NCBI RefSeq assembly: GCF_000023205.1
Contig: NC_012803.1
Span: 2,220,001 to 2,252,000 of the forward strand
DNA length: 32,000 nucleotides
Direction: 5' to 3'
Source of the DNA: Micrococcus luteus NCTC 2665
GTDB lineage: Bacteria; Actinomycetota; Actinomycetes; Actinomycetales; Micrococcaceae
Shown piece by piece: positions 1 to 7,857 of the stretch. How positions within the stretch are numbered: the stretch's first letter is position 1; the number at the start of each line of letters is the position of its first letter. The translations under genes and the position numbers were made by a program. A model generated the notes under the pieces. That model was not told the DNA's origin. It saw nothing but the letters and a program-made list of their open reading frames with translations, and ran no database searches.

Positions 1-77
1 GGATCACACGGTGGCCGCGTCCACGTCTGGAACGACGTGCCCGACCACCGGGCGCTACACCACTATGCGGGACTCAA
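1..77 (-). mobile_element. Terminal ~77 bp of a second IS256-family element that continues off the left edge of the window
   Basis: Bases 1-77 are close to the reverse complement of the transposase-proximal end of the complete IS at 5248-5328; GGATCACACGGTGGCCGCGTCCAC...GCGCTACACCACT is shared with a few mismatches. The terminus ...GGGACTCAA resembles the other IS end ...GGGACTTGA at 6662-6670. Confidence 0.7.
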
Positions 78-296
78 CTGCGATGCCGGCCGCGACCGTG
101 AAGCCGAGCACCGGCACATCGCGCCAGGTGGCGTCGGGTGTGACGGGGTCGGAGTGGGGGCGGATGGTCATCGGCCGGGTCCTTCCTGTGTGCTCCGTTG
201 CGGATCCCTTCCGGCGACCCTACGGCCTGCTCGAGCACGTCTCCGCATCGGGCGCCCTCCCTCGTGCCGGCGTCGGCGTCGCTCTACCGTGGGGCC

Positions 297-749
297 ATGG
301 ACTCCACGCTCTTCACCCGTTCGGCCGACCGCGCCGCCCACGACGACGTCAACTTCCGCACCCGCAAGTGGGTCAAGCCGGAGGACCTCAACGCGAACAA
401 CACCCTCTTCGGCGGCTCGCTGCTGCGCTGGGTCGACGAGGAGGCGGCCATCTACGCGACCCTGCAGCTGGGCAACCCGCGGTGCGTGACGAAGCTGATC
501 TCGGAGATCAACTTCCTGGCCTCGGCGAAGCAGGGCGACATGATCGAGATGGGCCTGCGCGCCACCGAGTTCGGGCGCACGTCCCTGACCATGCGGGCGA
601 AGGTGCGGAACATCGTGACCGGCGAGATGATCCTGACCATCGACAAGATCGTGTTCGTGTCCCTGGGCGAGGACGGCAAGCCCGTGCCCCACGGCTTCAC
701 CGAGATCACCTACGACCGCGACCGTCTGCCCCTGGACGGCCCCCTCTGA
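297..749 (+). CDS. Acyl-CoA thioesterase, hotdog fold (YciA-like)
   Basis: The translation from the ATG at 297 (MDSTLFTRS...NANNTLFGGSLLRWVDEEAAIYA...) matches the YciA-type thioesterase pattern. The upstream 33 codons of the tracked ORF look non-coding. Confidence 0.8.
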   Translation: MDSTLFTRSADRAAHDDVNFRTRKWVKPEDLNANNTLFGGSLLRWVDEEAAIYATLQLGNPRCVTKLISEINFLASAKQGDMIEMGLRATEFGRTSLTMRAKVRNIVTGEMILTIDKIVFVSLGEDGKPVPHGFTEITYDRDRLPLDGPL

Positions 750-777
750 GCCGGCCCGCCACCCCACGCGGTCCGGG

Positions 778-822
778 GGCGGAACTCGGGGATCCCCGCC
801 CGGAATACCGCCGAGTTCTGCC
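778..822. terminator. Candidate bidirectional terminator hairpin between convergent genes
   Basis: GGCGGAACTCGG (778-789) pairs with CCGAGTTCTGCC (811-822), 12 bp with one G-U. The loop contains the GGGGATCCCC palindrome. There is no clear U-tract. Confidence 0.35.
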
Positions 823-892
823 CCCAACGCGGGAGGGCCGGTGGCGGGGGCCGGGGCCGAGCCGGAGGACGCGGCCGAGCGTCCCCGGGACG

Positions 893-1492
893 TCAGAGCG
901 GCCAGACCTCCAGGGACTCACCGAGTCGGATGCTCACCCCGGAGACGCGCCCGCGCGGGCCGAGCAGGACGTGCACGACCGGGTCCGCCCGCTCGGCCTC
1001 CGCCACACCCCGCACCACCACCGCGCGCCGACTCCCGGCGGCGTGCGGGTCTGTGGGCAACGGGACGCCGTCCAGCTCGTGCACGGTCAGATCCGCCGGG
1101 GGCGTGCACGGACCGGCGAGGTCCTGGATCTCCTGCATGGTCTGCCGCAGCACGGTCTGCGGCAGGGCGGCGCGGGCCGTGCTGGTCATCAGGGCGTGCA
1201 TCGCGGTGAGGTCCCCGGTGAACCAGGCGCGGACGGCACGGTCGGCGCTCCGGCGCGCCGCCTCCGGCCAGCCGCCCTGTGGTGCCGCACCGGCGGTGGG
1301 TGCCGCACCCGGGTCCGCGGCGGTCTGGAAACGACGGTGCGCGGCCTGACGGCTCACCCCGAGGGTCTGGGCGATCTCCTCCCAGGTCCACCCGGACTCA
1401 CGGGCACGGTGGACGGCGTGATGCAGCCGCCGCTCGGCCGCCGCCTGGGCGGCCAGCGCGGCGGTCAGTTCCTCACAGGGATCGCGGGGCAT
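893..1492 (-). CDS. HTH-domain protein of unknown function
   Basis: N-terminal WTWEEIAQTLGVSRQAAHRRF looks like a helix-turn-helix. The start is uncertain: ATG 1492, with GGAGG directly abutting it, or GTG 1534. It overlaps the end of the upstream membrane gene. Confidence 0.6.
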   Translation of the reverse strand: MPRDPCEELTAALAAQAAAERRLHHAVHRARESGWTWEEIAQTLGVSRQAAHRRFQTAADPGAAPTAGAAPQGGWPEAARRSADRAVRAWFTGDLTAMHALMTSTARAALPQTVLRQTMQEIQDLAGPCTPPADLTVHELDGVPLPTDPHAAGSRRAVVVRGVAEAERADPVVHVLLGPRGRVSGVSIRLGESLEVWPL

Positions 1493-1865
1493 CCTCCGAG
1501 TCTGCCTCACCGGCGGACACCGGAAGGAGGGCACCGGCGCCGATGGCCACCGCGATGCCGAAGATCACGGCCGTGGCGCCCTCGAAGATGTTGAGCACGG
1601 TCAGCACGGCCGCGACGGCGGCCCCGGCCAGGATCTGCATGGCCTTCGGGCCATCCCAGGCGGGCTGCCAGCGGCTGAACAGCGAGCCAGCCAGGGCGCC
1701 GCCGCGGGCCTGCATCAGCGGAGCGCCCCAGGCACCCACGGTGTAGGCGAGGCCGATGATGGCGCCCGTGAGCAGGGCCGGCCCCGGGTCGGCGTCGGAC
1801 GTGAGGCCGTGGGTGACGAGGATCAAGATGATGGAGACGACGGTGGCGGTGAGCGTGCGAGCCAT
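1473..1865 (-). CDS. Small integral membrane protein
   Basis: Hydrophobic segments (TATVVSIILILVTHGL, LLTGAIIGLAYTVGAWGAPL, ILAGAAVAAVLTVLNIF, AVIFGIAVAIGAGALL). Start taken at ATG 1865. Confidence 0.6.
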   Translation of the reverse strand: MARTLTATVVSIILILVTHGLTSDADPGPALLTGAIIGLAYTVGAWGAPLMQARGGALAGSLFSRWQPAWDGPKAMQILAGAAVAAVLTVLNIFEGATAVIFGIAVAIGAGALLPVSAGEADSEDAPRSL

Positions 1866-1872
1866 GTGACCG

Positions 1873-1914
1873 AGGTTATGGCCGGCATCCGGAGGTGTCA
1901 ACACCGCGTTGACA
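1873..1914 (-). promoter_or_regulatory. Candidate promoter (leaderless) plus 19-bp palindrome
   Basis: On the minus strand: TTGACA (1901-1896), 17-nt spacer, TAACCT (1878-1873), then 7 nt to ATG 1865. TGTCAAC-ACCGC-GTTGACA is a perfect inverted repeat at 1896-1914. Confidence 0.4.
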
Positions 1915-1985
1915 GCCGGCCGGTGGCGCCGGCGGTGCCGGTGGTGCCTGTGGTGCCTGCCGACCCCGGTTCAGCCGACCCCAGC

Positions 1986-2621
1986 TCAGTCGATCCCGCG
2001 GGCGGCCAGGGCGTCCCCGACGTCGTCCGCGTGCTTGAAGCTGAGCACCAGCAGCGGCAGCGCCCAGGCCCACGGCGCCATCCGCACCCCGCGGGCGGCC
2101 TGCGCATGCCGGATCTGCTCGGCCAGCGCCCGCAGGTGGCCGATCGAGGAGAGCACCAGGCCCATCGCCAGGCCCACGCGGTCGGCGCGGAACCCCGCCC
2201 GCGCCAGGCGCGGCCCCGCCCACGGGATCCGCTCGACCGGCCGCAGCACCGCCTCGGCCACCCCGGTCATGTCCGCGATCCGGGTGGTGCGCGTCAACAC
2301 CTGCGCGGTGAGCACGAGCCCGAGCACGCGCGCCACCATGAGTCCGGCCGCGAACGCGTCGGTGAAGATCCACTGCGCCGCGAACAGGACCACGTAGAAC
2401 AGCCACAGAGCGCGCAGGTCGGAGGCGATCATCGCCGCACCGCGCCGCAGCCCGAAGCCCACGAGATACGCGGTCACGGCACCCACGACGGCGGCGCCCG
2501 CGGCCCACAGGGACAGCGGCAGCAGGGTCAGGGCCAGCACCCACGCCGCGAACAGGCCCGTCTTGAGGCCGGCGCGAGCGCGGTGCAGGGGCGAGTCGCC
2601 GTGGATGTACAGGGAGAGCAT
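1986..2621 (-). CDS. bioN: ECF transporter transmembrane (T) component, BioN/EcfT-like
   Basis: Start MLSLYIHGDSPLHR at 2621 forms an ATGA overlap with the ATPase stop. Membrane protein with two A-x-x-x-ARG type motifs (QAARGV, LAARGI). Third gene after bioY-bioM. Confidence 0.85.
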   Translation of the reverse strand: MLSLYIHGDSPLHRARAGLKTGLFAAWVLALTLLPLSLWAAGAAVVGAVTAYLVGFGLRRGAAMIASDLRALWLFYVVLFAAQWIFTDAFAAGLMVARVLGLVLTAQVLTRTTRIADMTGVAEAVLRPVERIPWAGPRLARAGFRADRVGLAMGLVLSSIGHLRALAEQIRHAQAARGVRMAPWAWALPLLVLSFKHADDVGDALAARGID

Positions 2622-3382
2622 CAGCGCAGCTCCGCCGCCACGGCGTGGTCCAGGAAGCGCTCGTACGCCTCGACCACGTCCTCGGCCGGGCCGGTCCGCT
2701 CCACACGGCCGCCGTGGATCCACACCGCCTCGTCGCACGCACGGGCCAGCTCGAGGTCGTGGGTCACCAGCAGCAGCTGGAACCCGTCCGGGGCCGAGGG
2801 GTCGGCGGCCAGCAGCCGGTCGGCCACGATCCGCCGGTGCCGGCCGTCCAGCAGGGAGGTCGGCTCGTCGGCGATCACCAGGGACGGCCCGGCGGTCAGC
2901 ACCGAGCACATCGCCAGCCGCTGCGCCTGCCCCGAGGACAGGGACAGGCAGGCCCGGTCCGCGAGCGCGGTGAGCCGGTGCTCCTGAAGCGCCGCGGCCA
3001 CGCGCGCGGCGACGTCGTCCTGGGTCAGGCGGTGGCCGGCGTCGTCCCTGAGCGACTTCACGGTCAGCTCCACGTCCTCCCGGACGGTGGGCATGACCAT
3101 CTGCGCGGCCGGGTTCGCGAACACGAAGCCGACGGTGCGGCGCAGCGCCTTCACGTCCCGGACGGCGTCCACCCCGTGCACGGTCACCTCCCCGGCGACG
3201 ACGTCGGCCAGCCCGGCGATCGCGCGGGCCAGCGTGGACTTGCCGGAGCCGTTCTCCCCGATCACCGCCACACGCGGGGCCGTGAGGGTGAGGTCCACGC
3301 CGTCGAGGAGCACGACGACGCCCTCGGGGCCGTCGGCCTCGACGCGGACGCCCGTGAGGGTGACAGAACGGTCCGGGCTCAT
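2621..3382 (-). CDS. bioM: ECF transporter ATP-binding component, BioM/EcfA-like
   Basis: Walker A GENGSGKST, ABC signature LSSGQAQR, Walker B LVIADEPTSLLD. ATG 3382 overlaps the bioY stop (ATGA). Confidence 0.9.
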   Translation of the reverse strand: MSPDRSVTLTGVRVEADGPEGVVVLLDGVDLTLTAPRVAVIGENGSGKSTLARAIAGLADVVAGEVTVHGVDAVRDVKALRRTVGFVFANPAAQMVMPTVREDVELTVKSLRDDAGHRLTQDDVAARVAAALQEHRLTALADRACLSLSSGQAQRLAMCSVLTAGPSLVIADEPTSLLDGRHRRIVADRLLAADPSAPDGFQLLLVTHDLELARACDEAVWIHGGRVERTGPAEDVVEAYERFLDHAVAAELR

Positions 3383-4044
3383 CGGAAGGCGCGGGGGTAG
3401 GCCTTCCACAGGCCGACGATGAGGATGACGGACACGACGAGCTTGATCAGGTCACCGGGCACGAACGGGGCCATGGAGAGGACGGCCGCGCCGAACTCCA
3501 TCCCGGCGATCCCGACGAAGCCGAGCACGCCGAAGAAGTAGACCATCACGACGCCGCCGATCAGCCCGGCGACGGCCGCCCCGAGCGCGACCCGTCCGGC
3601 GCCGAGGCCGGGACGGGCCCGGGAGGTGAGGGCCCAGAAGATCAGGCCGACGATCAGCGCGGACGGGATCCAGCCGAGGATGAAGCCGGCCGTCGGGCCG
3701 GCGAACACGCCCAGGCCGCCGCGGCCGCCGCTGAGCAGCGGCAGGCCGAGCGCCACGAGGCCGGCGAACAGCGCCATCGAGGCGGCCCCGCGCCACGGGC
3801 CGAGGATCACACCGGCCAGGATCACGGCGATGTTCTGCAGCACGATCGGGGCGGGCACACCGGCGACGGCGATCGGCGGCACCAGACCGAGCACGGCCAT
3901 CAACGCGGTCATGACCGCGATGCGCGCGAGGCTGCCGCCGGCGGAACCGCGACGGGGGCGGCCGGCGTCGGTGGGGCGGTCCGCCGTCGTGGTGGCCGCG
4001 GGGCGGACGTGGCCGTCATGGGACGAGGGCACGGAAGTGCTCAT
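3379..4044 (-). CDS. bioY: Biotin transporter substrate-specific (S) component BioY
   Basis: BioY-type sequence: PIVLQNIAVILAGVILGPWRG...GGLGVFAGPTAGFILGWIP...PFVPGDLIKLV. Confidence 0.9.
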   Translation of the reverse strand: MSTSVPSSHDGHVRPAATTTADRPTDAGRPRRGSAGGSLARIAVMTALMAVLGLVPPIAVAGVPAPIVLQNIAVILAGVILGPWRGAASMALFAGLVALGLPLLSGGRGGLGVFAGPTAGFILGWIPSALIVGLIFWALTSRARPGLGAGRVALGAAVAGLIGGVVMVYFFGVLGFVGIAGMEFGAAVLSMAPFVPGDLIKLVVSVILIVGLWKAYPRAFR

Positions 4045-4123
4045 GGAGGGACTCCTGGTGCGGAAGCGAGTGCGAGGGGGCGCTCAGCCGAGGCGCGGGG
4101 CGCATGGCGAGTGCCCGACGAGT

Positions 4124-4136
4124 TGAACAGTGTTCA
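4124..4136. promoter_or_regulatory. BioQ-type operator palindrome TGAAC-AGT-GTTCA upstream of bioY
   Basis: Perfect 13-bp palindrome TGAACAGTGTTCA about 80 nt upstream of the bioY start. It matches the TGAAC-N3-GTTCA motif reported for the actinobacterial TetR-type biotin repressor BioQ. Confidence 0.6.
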
Positions 4137-4346
4137 GGAGTCTACTGCAGGGGCGGAGGTGTGGGCGGCCGGGGTGCGTTCCCGGGGCGACACCGAGGCA
4201 GCGGTCGGCTTGGGCGTTGTGCTGACCGGCGATCAGCAGGAACGAGGTCTGCGGCCCGCCGAGCATCTCGCGGACCGCGGCCAGTACTGGCGAGCGGGGG
4301 CGTAAGGCGGGGTGGCCGGGCAGTCCGGGCAGGGCCATGACGTCTC

Positions 4347-4535
4347 GTGACCGGCCGGGCCCTGACCTCATTCCCCAGCATCCGCACCGACCTGCGCAAC
4401 GCCGGCGTGAACGTGGTGGACCAAGAGGCCGCCCGAGACGGGAACCTGGCCACCAGCCGCTCACCCGATGACCTCTGCCTTCTGTTCCGCCGTGGTGGTA
4501 CCGTCCAGCCCACCGGCGCCGGAAACCGCTCCTGA
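4347..4535 (+). pseudogene. Remnant of a DJ-1/PfpI-family gene (C-terminal piece only)
   Basis: [33 protein letters not shown] resembles the conserved C-terminal ...AGA.VVDEEVVVDGNL.TSR.PDDL block of PfpI-type proteins. No N-terminal part is present. Confidence 0.4.
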
Positions 4536-4703
4536 GCAGCCCGGTACGCCACATGGCACAGGCGGGGCTGACTACCGGCTCGACACCCGGCACCTCGGTA
4601 CCCGCAACCCTCCTATAAGCCAGCACCGGCCGGGGACGCGCCGGCCCTTCGAGGATCTCAGCCCACGTCCCACCTCAGGACAACCAGAAGGAAGTGATCG
4701 CGG

Positions 4704-5247
4704 ATGCGACGGATGACGCTGCCGAGCGGGGAGTCCATCCCTGTGCTGGGCCAGGGCACCTGGGGCTGGGGTGAGGACCCCGGCCGCCGCGGCGACGAGG
4801 TCGCCGCGCTGCACGCCGGCCTCGAGCTGGGCATGACGCTGGTCGACACCGCCGAGATGTACGCCGACGGCGGCGCGGAGGAGGTGGTCGGTGAAGCATT
4901 GGCGGGTCGCCGCGACGAGGCGTTCGTGGTCAGCAAGGTCCTGCCGTCCCACGCCTCCCGTTCCGGCACGATCGCGGCCTGCGAACGCAGCCTGAAACGC
5001 CTGGGCACCGATCGGATCGACCTCTACCTGCTGCACTGGCAGGGCAGGTACCCGCTGCAGGACACCGTCGCAGCCTTCCACCAGCTCGTCGAGGACGGGA
5101 AAATCCGATACTGGGGCGTCAGCAACTTCGACCACCGGGCCCTCGCCGAGCTGCAGGACGTGCCGGGCAGCAGCGGGCTGGCCACGGATCAGGTGCTGTA
5201 CAACCTGTCGCGGCGAGGACCGGAGTACGACCTGCTGCCGTGGTGCA
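4704..5247 (+). pseudogene. Aldo/keto reductase, 5' portion, interrupted by IS insertion
   Basis: [23 protein letters not shown]...[19 protein letters not shown]...IDLYLLHW is an AKR signature. GAAGGAAG lies 8-9 nt before the ATG. Reading runs into the IS and stops after ...LLPWCK. Confidence 0.85.
5238..5247. repeat. Left copy of the target-site direct repeat CCGTGGTGCA
   Basis: Identical 10-mer at 6671-6680, immediately flanking the IS. Confidence 0.8.
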
Positions 5248-6670
5248 AGTAGTGCCCCATAGAGTGGTGTAGCGCACGGTGACTGGGCACGTCGTTCCGG
5301 ATGTGGACGCGGCCACCGTGTGATCCTTCGAGTCAACCTTCCACAGAATCCTCGAACGGAGTCATCACGATGACCGCTCCTCATATTGTCGACCCTGCCG
5401 GCCTGCTCGGCGAAGCCCTGTCCGAAGCATCCCCGGATTTGATGCGTTCGTTGCTGCAGACCGTGATCAACTCCCTGCTCTCCGCTGACGCCGACGCGGT
5501 GGTCGGCGCCGAATGGGGTAAACCCACCCCGGGCCGAGCTACCCAGCGCAACGGGTACCGGCACCGGGACCTGGACACCCGGGTCGGGACCCTGGACGTG
5601 GCGATCCCCAAACTCAGGTCGGGCACGTACTTCCCGGAGTGGCTGCTCGAGCGCCGCAAAAGGGCCGAATCCGCGCTGATCACGGTGGTCGCCGACTGCT
5701 ACCTGGCCGGGGTCTCGACCCGGCGGATGGACAAACTGGTCAAGACCCTCGGGATCAACGCGCTGTCGAAGTCCCAGGTCTCGCGGATGGCCACCGAGCT
5801 GGACGAGCAGGTCGAGTCCTTCCGTCATCGCCCGCTCGGGGAGGCTGGGCCGTTCACGTTCGTGGCCGCCGACGCGCTGAGCATGAAGGTCCGCGAGGGC
5901 GGCCGGGTGGTCAACGCCGTGGTGCTGCTGGCCACCGGGGTCAATGGTGACGGCCACCGCGAGGTCCTCGGCCTGCGGGTGGCCACCTCGGAGACGGGGT
6001 CGGCGTGGAACGAGTTCTTCGCCGACCTGGTGGCCCGGGGCCTGACCGGAGTCCGCCTGGTCACTTCCGACGCCCACACCGGGCTCAAGGACGCCATCGC
6101 CGCGAACCTGCCCGGAGCGACCTGGCAGCGGTGCCGGACCCACTACGCGGCGAACCTGATGGGCATCACCCCCAAGTCCATGTGGCCGGCCGTGAAGGCC
6201 ATGCTGCACTCGGTGTATGACCAGCCCGACGCCGCCAGCGTGGACGCCCAGTTCGACCGGCTGCTGGACTACGTCAGCGAAAAGCTGCCCGCGGTGGCCG
6301 AACACCTCGATGGTGCCCGGGCGGACATCCTGGCGTTCACCACGTTCCCCAAGGACGTGTGGACCCAGATCTGGTCGAACAACCCGGCCGAACGGCTCAA
6401 CCGCGAGATCCGGCGTCGCACCGACGCCGTGGGCATCTTCCCGAACCGGGCAGCGATCGTGCGCCTGGTCGGGGCGGTGCTGGCTGAGCAGACCGATGAG
6501 TGGGCCGAGGGCCGCCGCTACCTCGGCCTCGAGGTGTTGGCCCGCTGCCGCCTCACCACCGTGGACGACACCGAGAACGAGGTGAACGCCGAACCGGAAA
6601 CCACCCTCGAACTCAGCGCCTAACAGCACCAATGGAGGATCAGAGCGTTACACCACTACTCGGGACTTGA
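5248..6670 (+). mobile_element. Complete IS256-family insertion sequence (~1.42 kb)
   Basis: Single mutator-type transposase gene. Imperfect terminal inverted repeats share the subterminal AGTGGTGTA(G/A)CGC block (5263-5276 and the reverse complement of 6645-6658). Flanked by a 10-bp direct repeat and by the two halves of one AKR gene. Confidence 0.9.
5370..6623 (+). CDS. IS256-family (mutator-type) transposase
   Basis: MTAPHIVDPAGLLGEAL...RNGYRHRDLDTRVGTLDVAIPKLRSGTYFPEWLLERRKRAE...CRTHYAANLM...NNPAERLNREIRRRTDAVGIFPNR is the typical IS256 transposase pattern. ATG at 5370 is preceded by GAACGGAG. Confidence 0.95.
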   Translation: MTAPHIVDPAGLLGEALSEASPDLMRSLLQTVINSLLSADADAVVGAEWGKPTPGRATQRNGYRHRDLDTRVGTLDVAIPKLRSGTYFPEWLLERRKRAESALITVVADCYLAGVSTRRMDKLVKTLGINALSKSQVSRMATELDEQVESFRHRPLGEAGPFTFVAADALSMKVREGGRVVNAVVLLATGVNGDGHREVLGLRVATSETGSAWNEFFADLVARGLTGVRLVTSDAHTGLKDAIAANLPGATWQRCRTHYAANLMGITPKSMWPAVKAMLHSVYDQPDAASVDAQFDRLLDYVSEKLPAVAEHLDGARADILAFTTFPKDVWTQIWSNNPAERLNREIRRRTDAVGIFPNRAAIVRLVGAVLAEQTDEWAEGRRYLGLEVLARCRLTTVDDTENEVNAEPETTLELSA

Positions 6671-6680
6671 CCGTGGTGCA
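6671..6680. repeat. Right copy of the target-site direct repeat CCGTGGTGCA
   Basis: Identical to 5238-5247. Confidence 0.8.
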
Positions 6681-6970
6681 CCGACCACCAGCTGCCGGTC
6701 ATGGCGTACTCGCCGATCGAGCAGGGCCGCATCCTTGACGACACGACGCTGAACGACGTCGCGGCCCGTCACAGCGTCAGCCCCGCGGCGGCGGCCCTTG
6801 CCTGGGTGCTGCGCCGCGACTCGCTCTGCACGATCCCCAAGGCGAGCAGCCCGCAGCACGTGCGCGACAACGCCACAGCACTGGACGTGCAGCTGACCCG
6901 CGAAGACCTGGATGCTCTGGACCGTGCGTTTCCGCCCCCGAGCGGACCGCGACCACTGGAAATGCTGTGA
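6671..6970 (+). pseudogene. Aldo/keto reductase, 3' portion
   Basis: In-frame PWCTDHQLPVMAYSPIEQGRILDD...AALAWVLRRDSLCTIPKASSPQHVRDNA. Removing the IS plus one repeat copy restores a single 834-nt open frame. Confidence 0.85.
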
Positions 6971-7061
6971 CCCTGCCCAAGGGCGCAGCCCGGTCGGTCC
7001 GGGCGGTCCGGGCAGTCCGGGCAGCGCTCCGGTCAGCGCAAGTCTCCGAAGGACCTGCCTG

Positions 7062-7304
7062 TCACCTCCTCCTGAACCTGTGCACGCCATCCATCGACTC
7101 CTTTCCTCGAGCCCTGTCGGGTTCGCGGTAGGCGCTGATCATCCGCTGGCAGGTCCCCCAAGTGGCCTCGAGCCGGGCCCTCTGCTTGTCGGTGAGCAAC
7201 CCGGTTCCGGCGTGCAGGGTTCGACGGGCGGAGTAGAGCGGGTCGCCCGTGCGGCCGCGGTGGCCATGCAGGTCCTGCTGGACCCGGCGGTGGCAGCGGA
7301 CCAA
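7062..7304 (-). pseudogene. ISL3-family transposase fragment
   Basis: QQDLHGHRGRTGDPLYSARRTLHAGTGLLTDKQRARLEATWGTCQRMISAYREPDRARGKE matches an internal block of ISL3 transposases, with an apparent internal deletion. No N- or C-terminal parts are present. Confidence 0.65.
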
Positions 7305-7409
7305 CGCGTCGCCGGCTAACCGGACTGCGAGCGACCGGCGTTGTGGACGCAGACGACCTGGACACTGGGCCGTGCGGTCAGGAGGATCTCCAAAGTCGGC
7401 GGCGGGGGT

Positions 7410-7775
7410 TCAGGCGATGTCGAGGAAGGAACGGAGCTCGGCGAAGGCCGACGGCACGACGGAGTAGTGCGCCCAGCGGCCCTTCTGCTCGCGCGTGAGC
7501 AGGCCAGCGTCGACGAGCTTCTTCATGTGGTGACTCACGGTCGGCTGGCTGATGCCCAGCGGCTCGGTGAGATCACAGGCGCAGACCGAATTGCAGCCCT
7601 GAGCAGCGACATGGGACAGAAGCCGGAGACGGGTCGGGTCGGAAAGCGCCTTGAGCAAGGACGCGATCCTCTCGGCCTCGACGCTGTCGACGGGCCCCGC
7701 TGAGAGCGTGCAGCACTCCTCAGGGCCGTTCATCGTCTCGAGCCCGGCAGCTGTGATCGCGGTCGTCGTGGACAT
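7410..7775 (-). CDS. arsR: ArsR-family As(III)-responsive repressor (Corynebacterium ArsR1-type Cys arrangement)
   Basis: ECCTLSAGP near the N-terminus, AAQGC, and the HTH LGISQPTVSHHMKKL. Divergent from acr3. Confidence 0.9.
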   Translation of the reverse strand: MSTTTAITAAGLETMNGPEECCTLSAGPVDSVEAERIASLLKALSDPTRLRLLSHVAAQGCNSVCACDLTEPLGISQPTVSHHMKKLVDAGLLTREQKGRWAHYSVVPSAFAELRSFLDIA

Positions 7776-7789
7776 GCCCCCACCTTACA

Positions 7790-7828
7790 TTGACAGTCAT
7801 CGATGTGAAGCATAGCGTTCGCATCGAT
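7790..7828 (+). promoter_or_regulatory. Candidate acr3 promoter overlapped by an inverted repeat (putative ArsR operator)
   Basis: TTGACA (7790-7795), 17 nt, TAGCGT (7813-7818). ATCGATG (7799-7805) and CATCGAT (7822-7828) form an inverted repeat. A further TCGATG lies at 7835-7840. Confidence 0.45.
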
Positions 7829-7857
7829 ATCCGTCGATGGAAGGTTCGGCCCCCCTC

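Noticed and set aside
11-1594. 527-aa plus-strand ORF spanning the first 1.6 kb
   Set aside because: It crosses an IS end, an intergenic region and the thioesterase gene in another frame, and is antisense to the HTH gene. There is no family signal, so it is treated as a GC artefact.
1931-1957. Three tandem 9-mers: GGCGGTGCC, GGTGGTGCC, TGTGGTGCC
   Set aside because: It is too short and degenerate for a CRISPR array or minisatellite. It lies in the bioN-downstream spacer, and no function can be supported.
4140-4346. Possible minus-strand gene start: MALPGLPGHPALRPRSPVLAAVREMLGGPQTSFLLIAGQ
   Set aside because: I recognised no family. The frame runs straight through the BioQ-type operator region, and its composition is typical of GC-rich non-coding frames.
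4572-6632. 686-aa minus-strand ORF
   Set aside because: It is antisense to the AKR 5' half and the IS256 transposase, both clearly recognisable, and its composition is low-complexity and GC-driven.
1-6670. Composite transposon formed by the two IS256-family copies
   Set aside because: The copies are diverged. The enclosed genes (thioesterase, bioYMN) are housekeeping-like. The right copy has its own target duplication inside the AKR gene, which indicates independent insertion.
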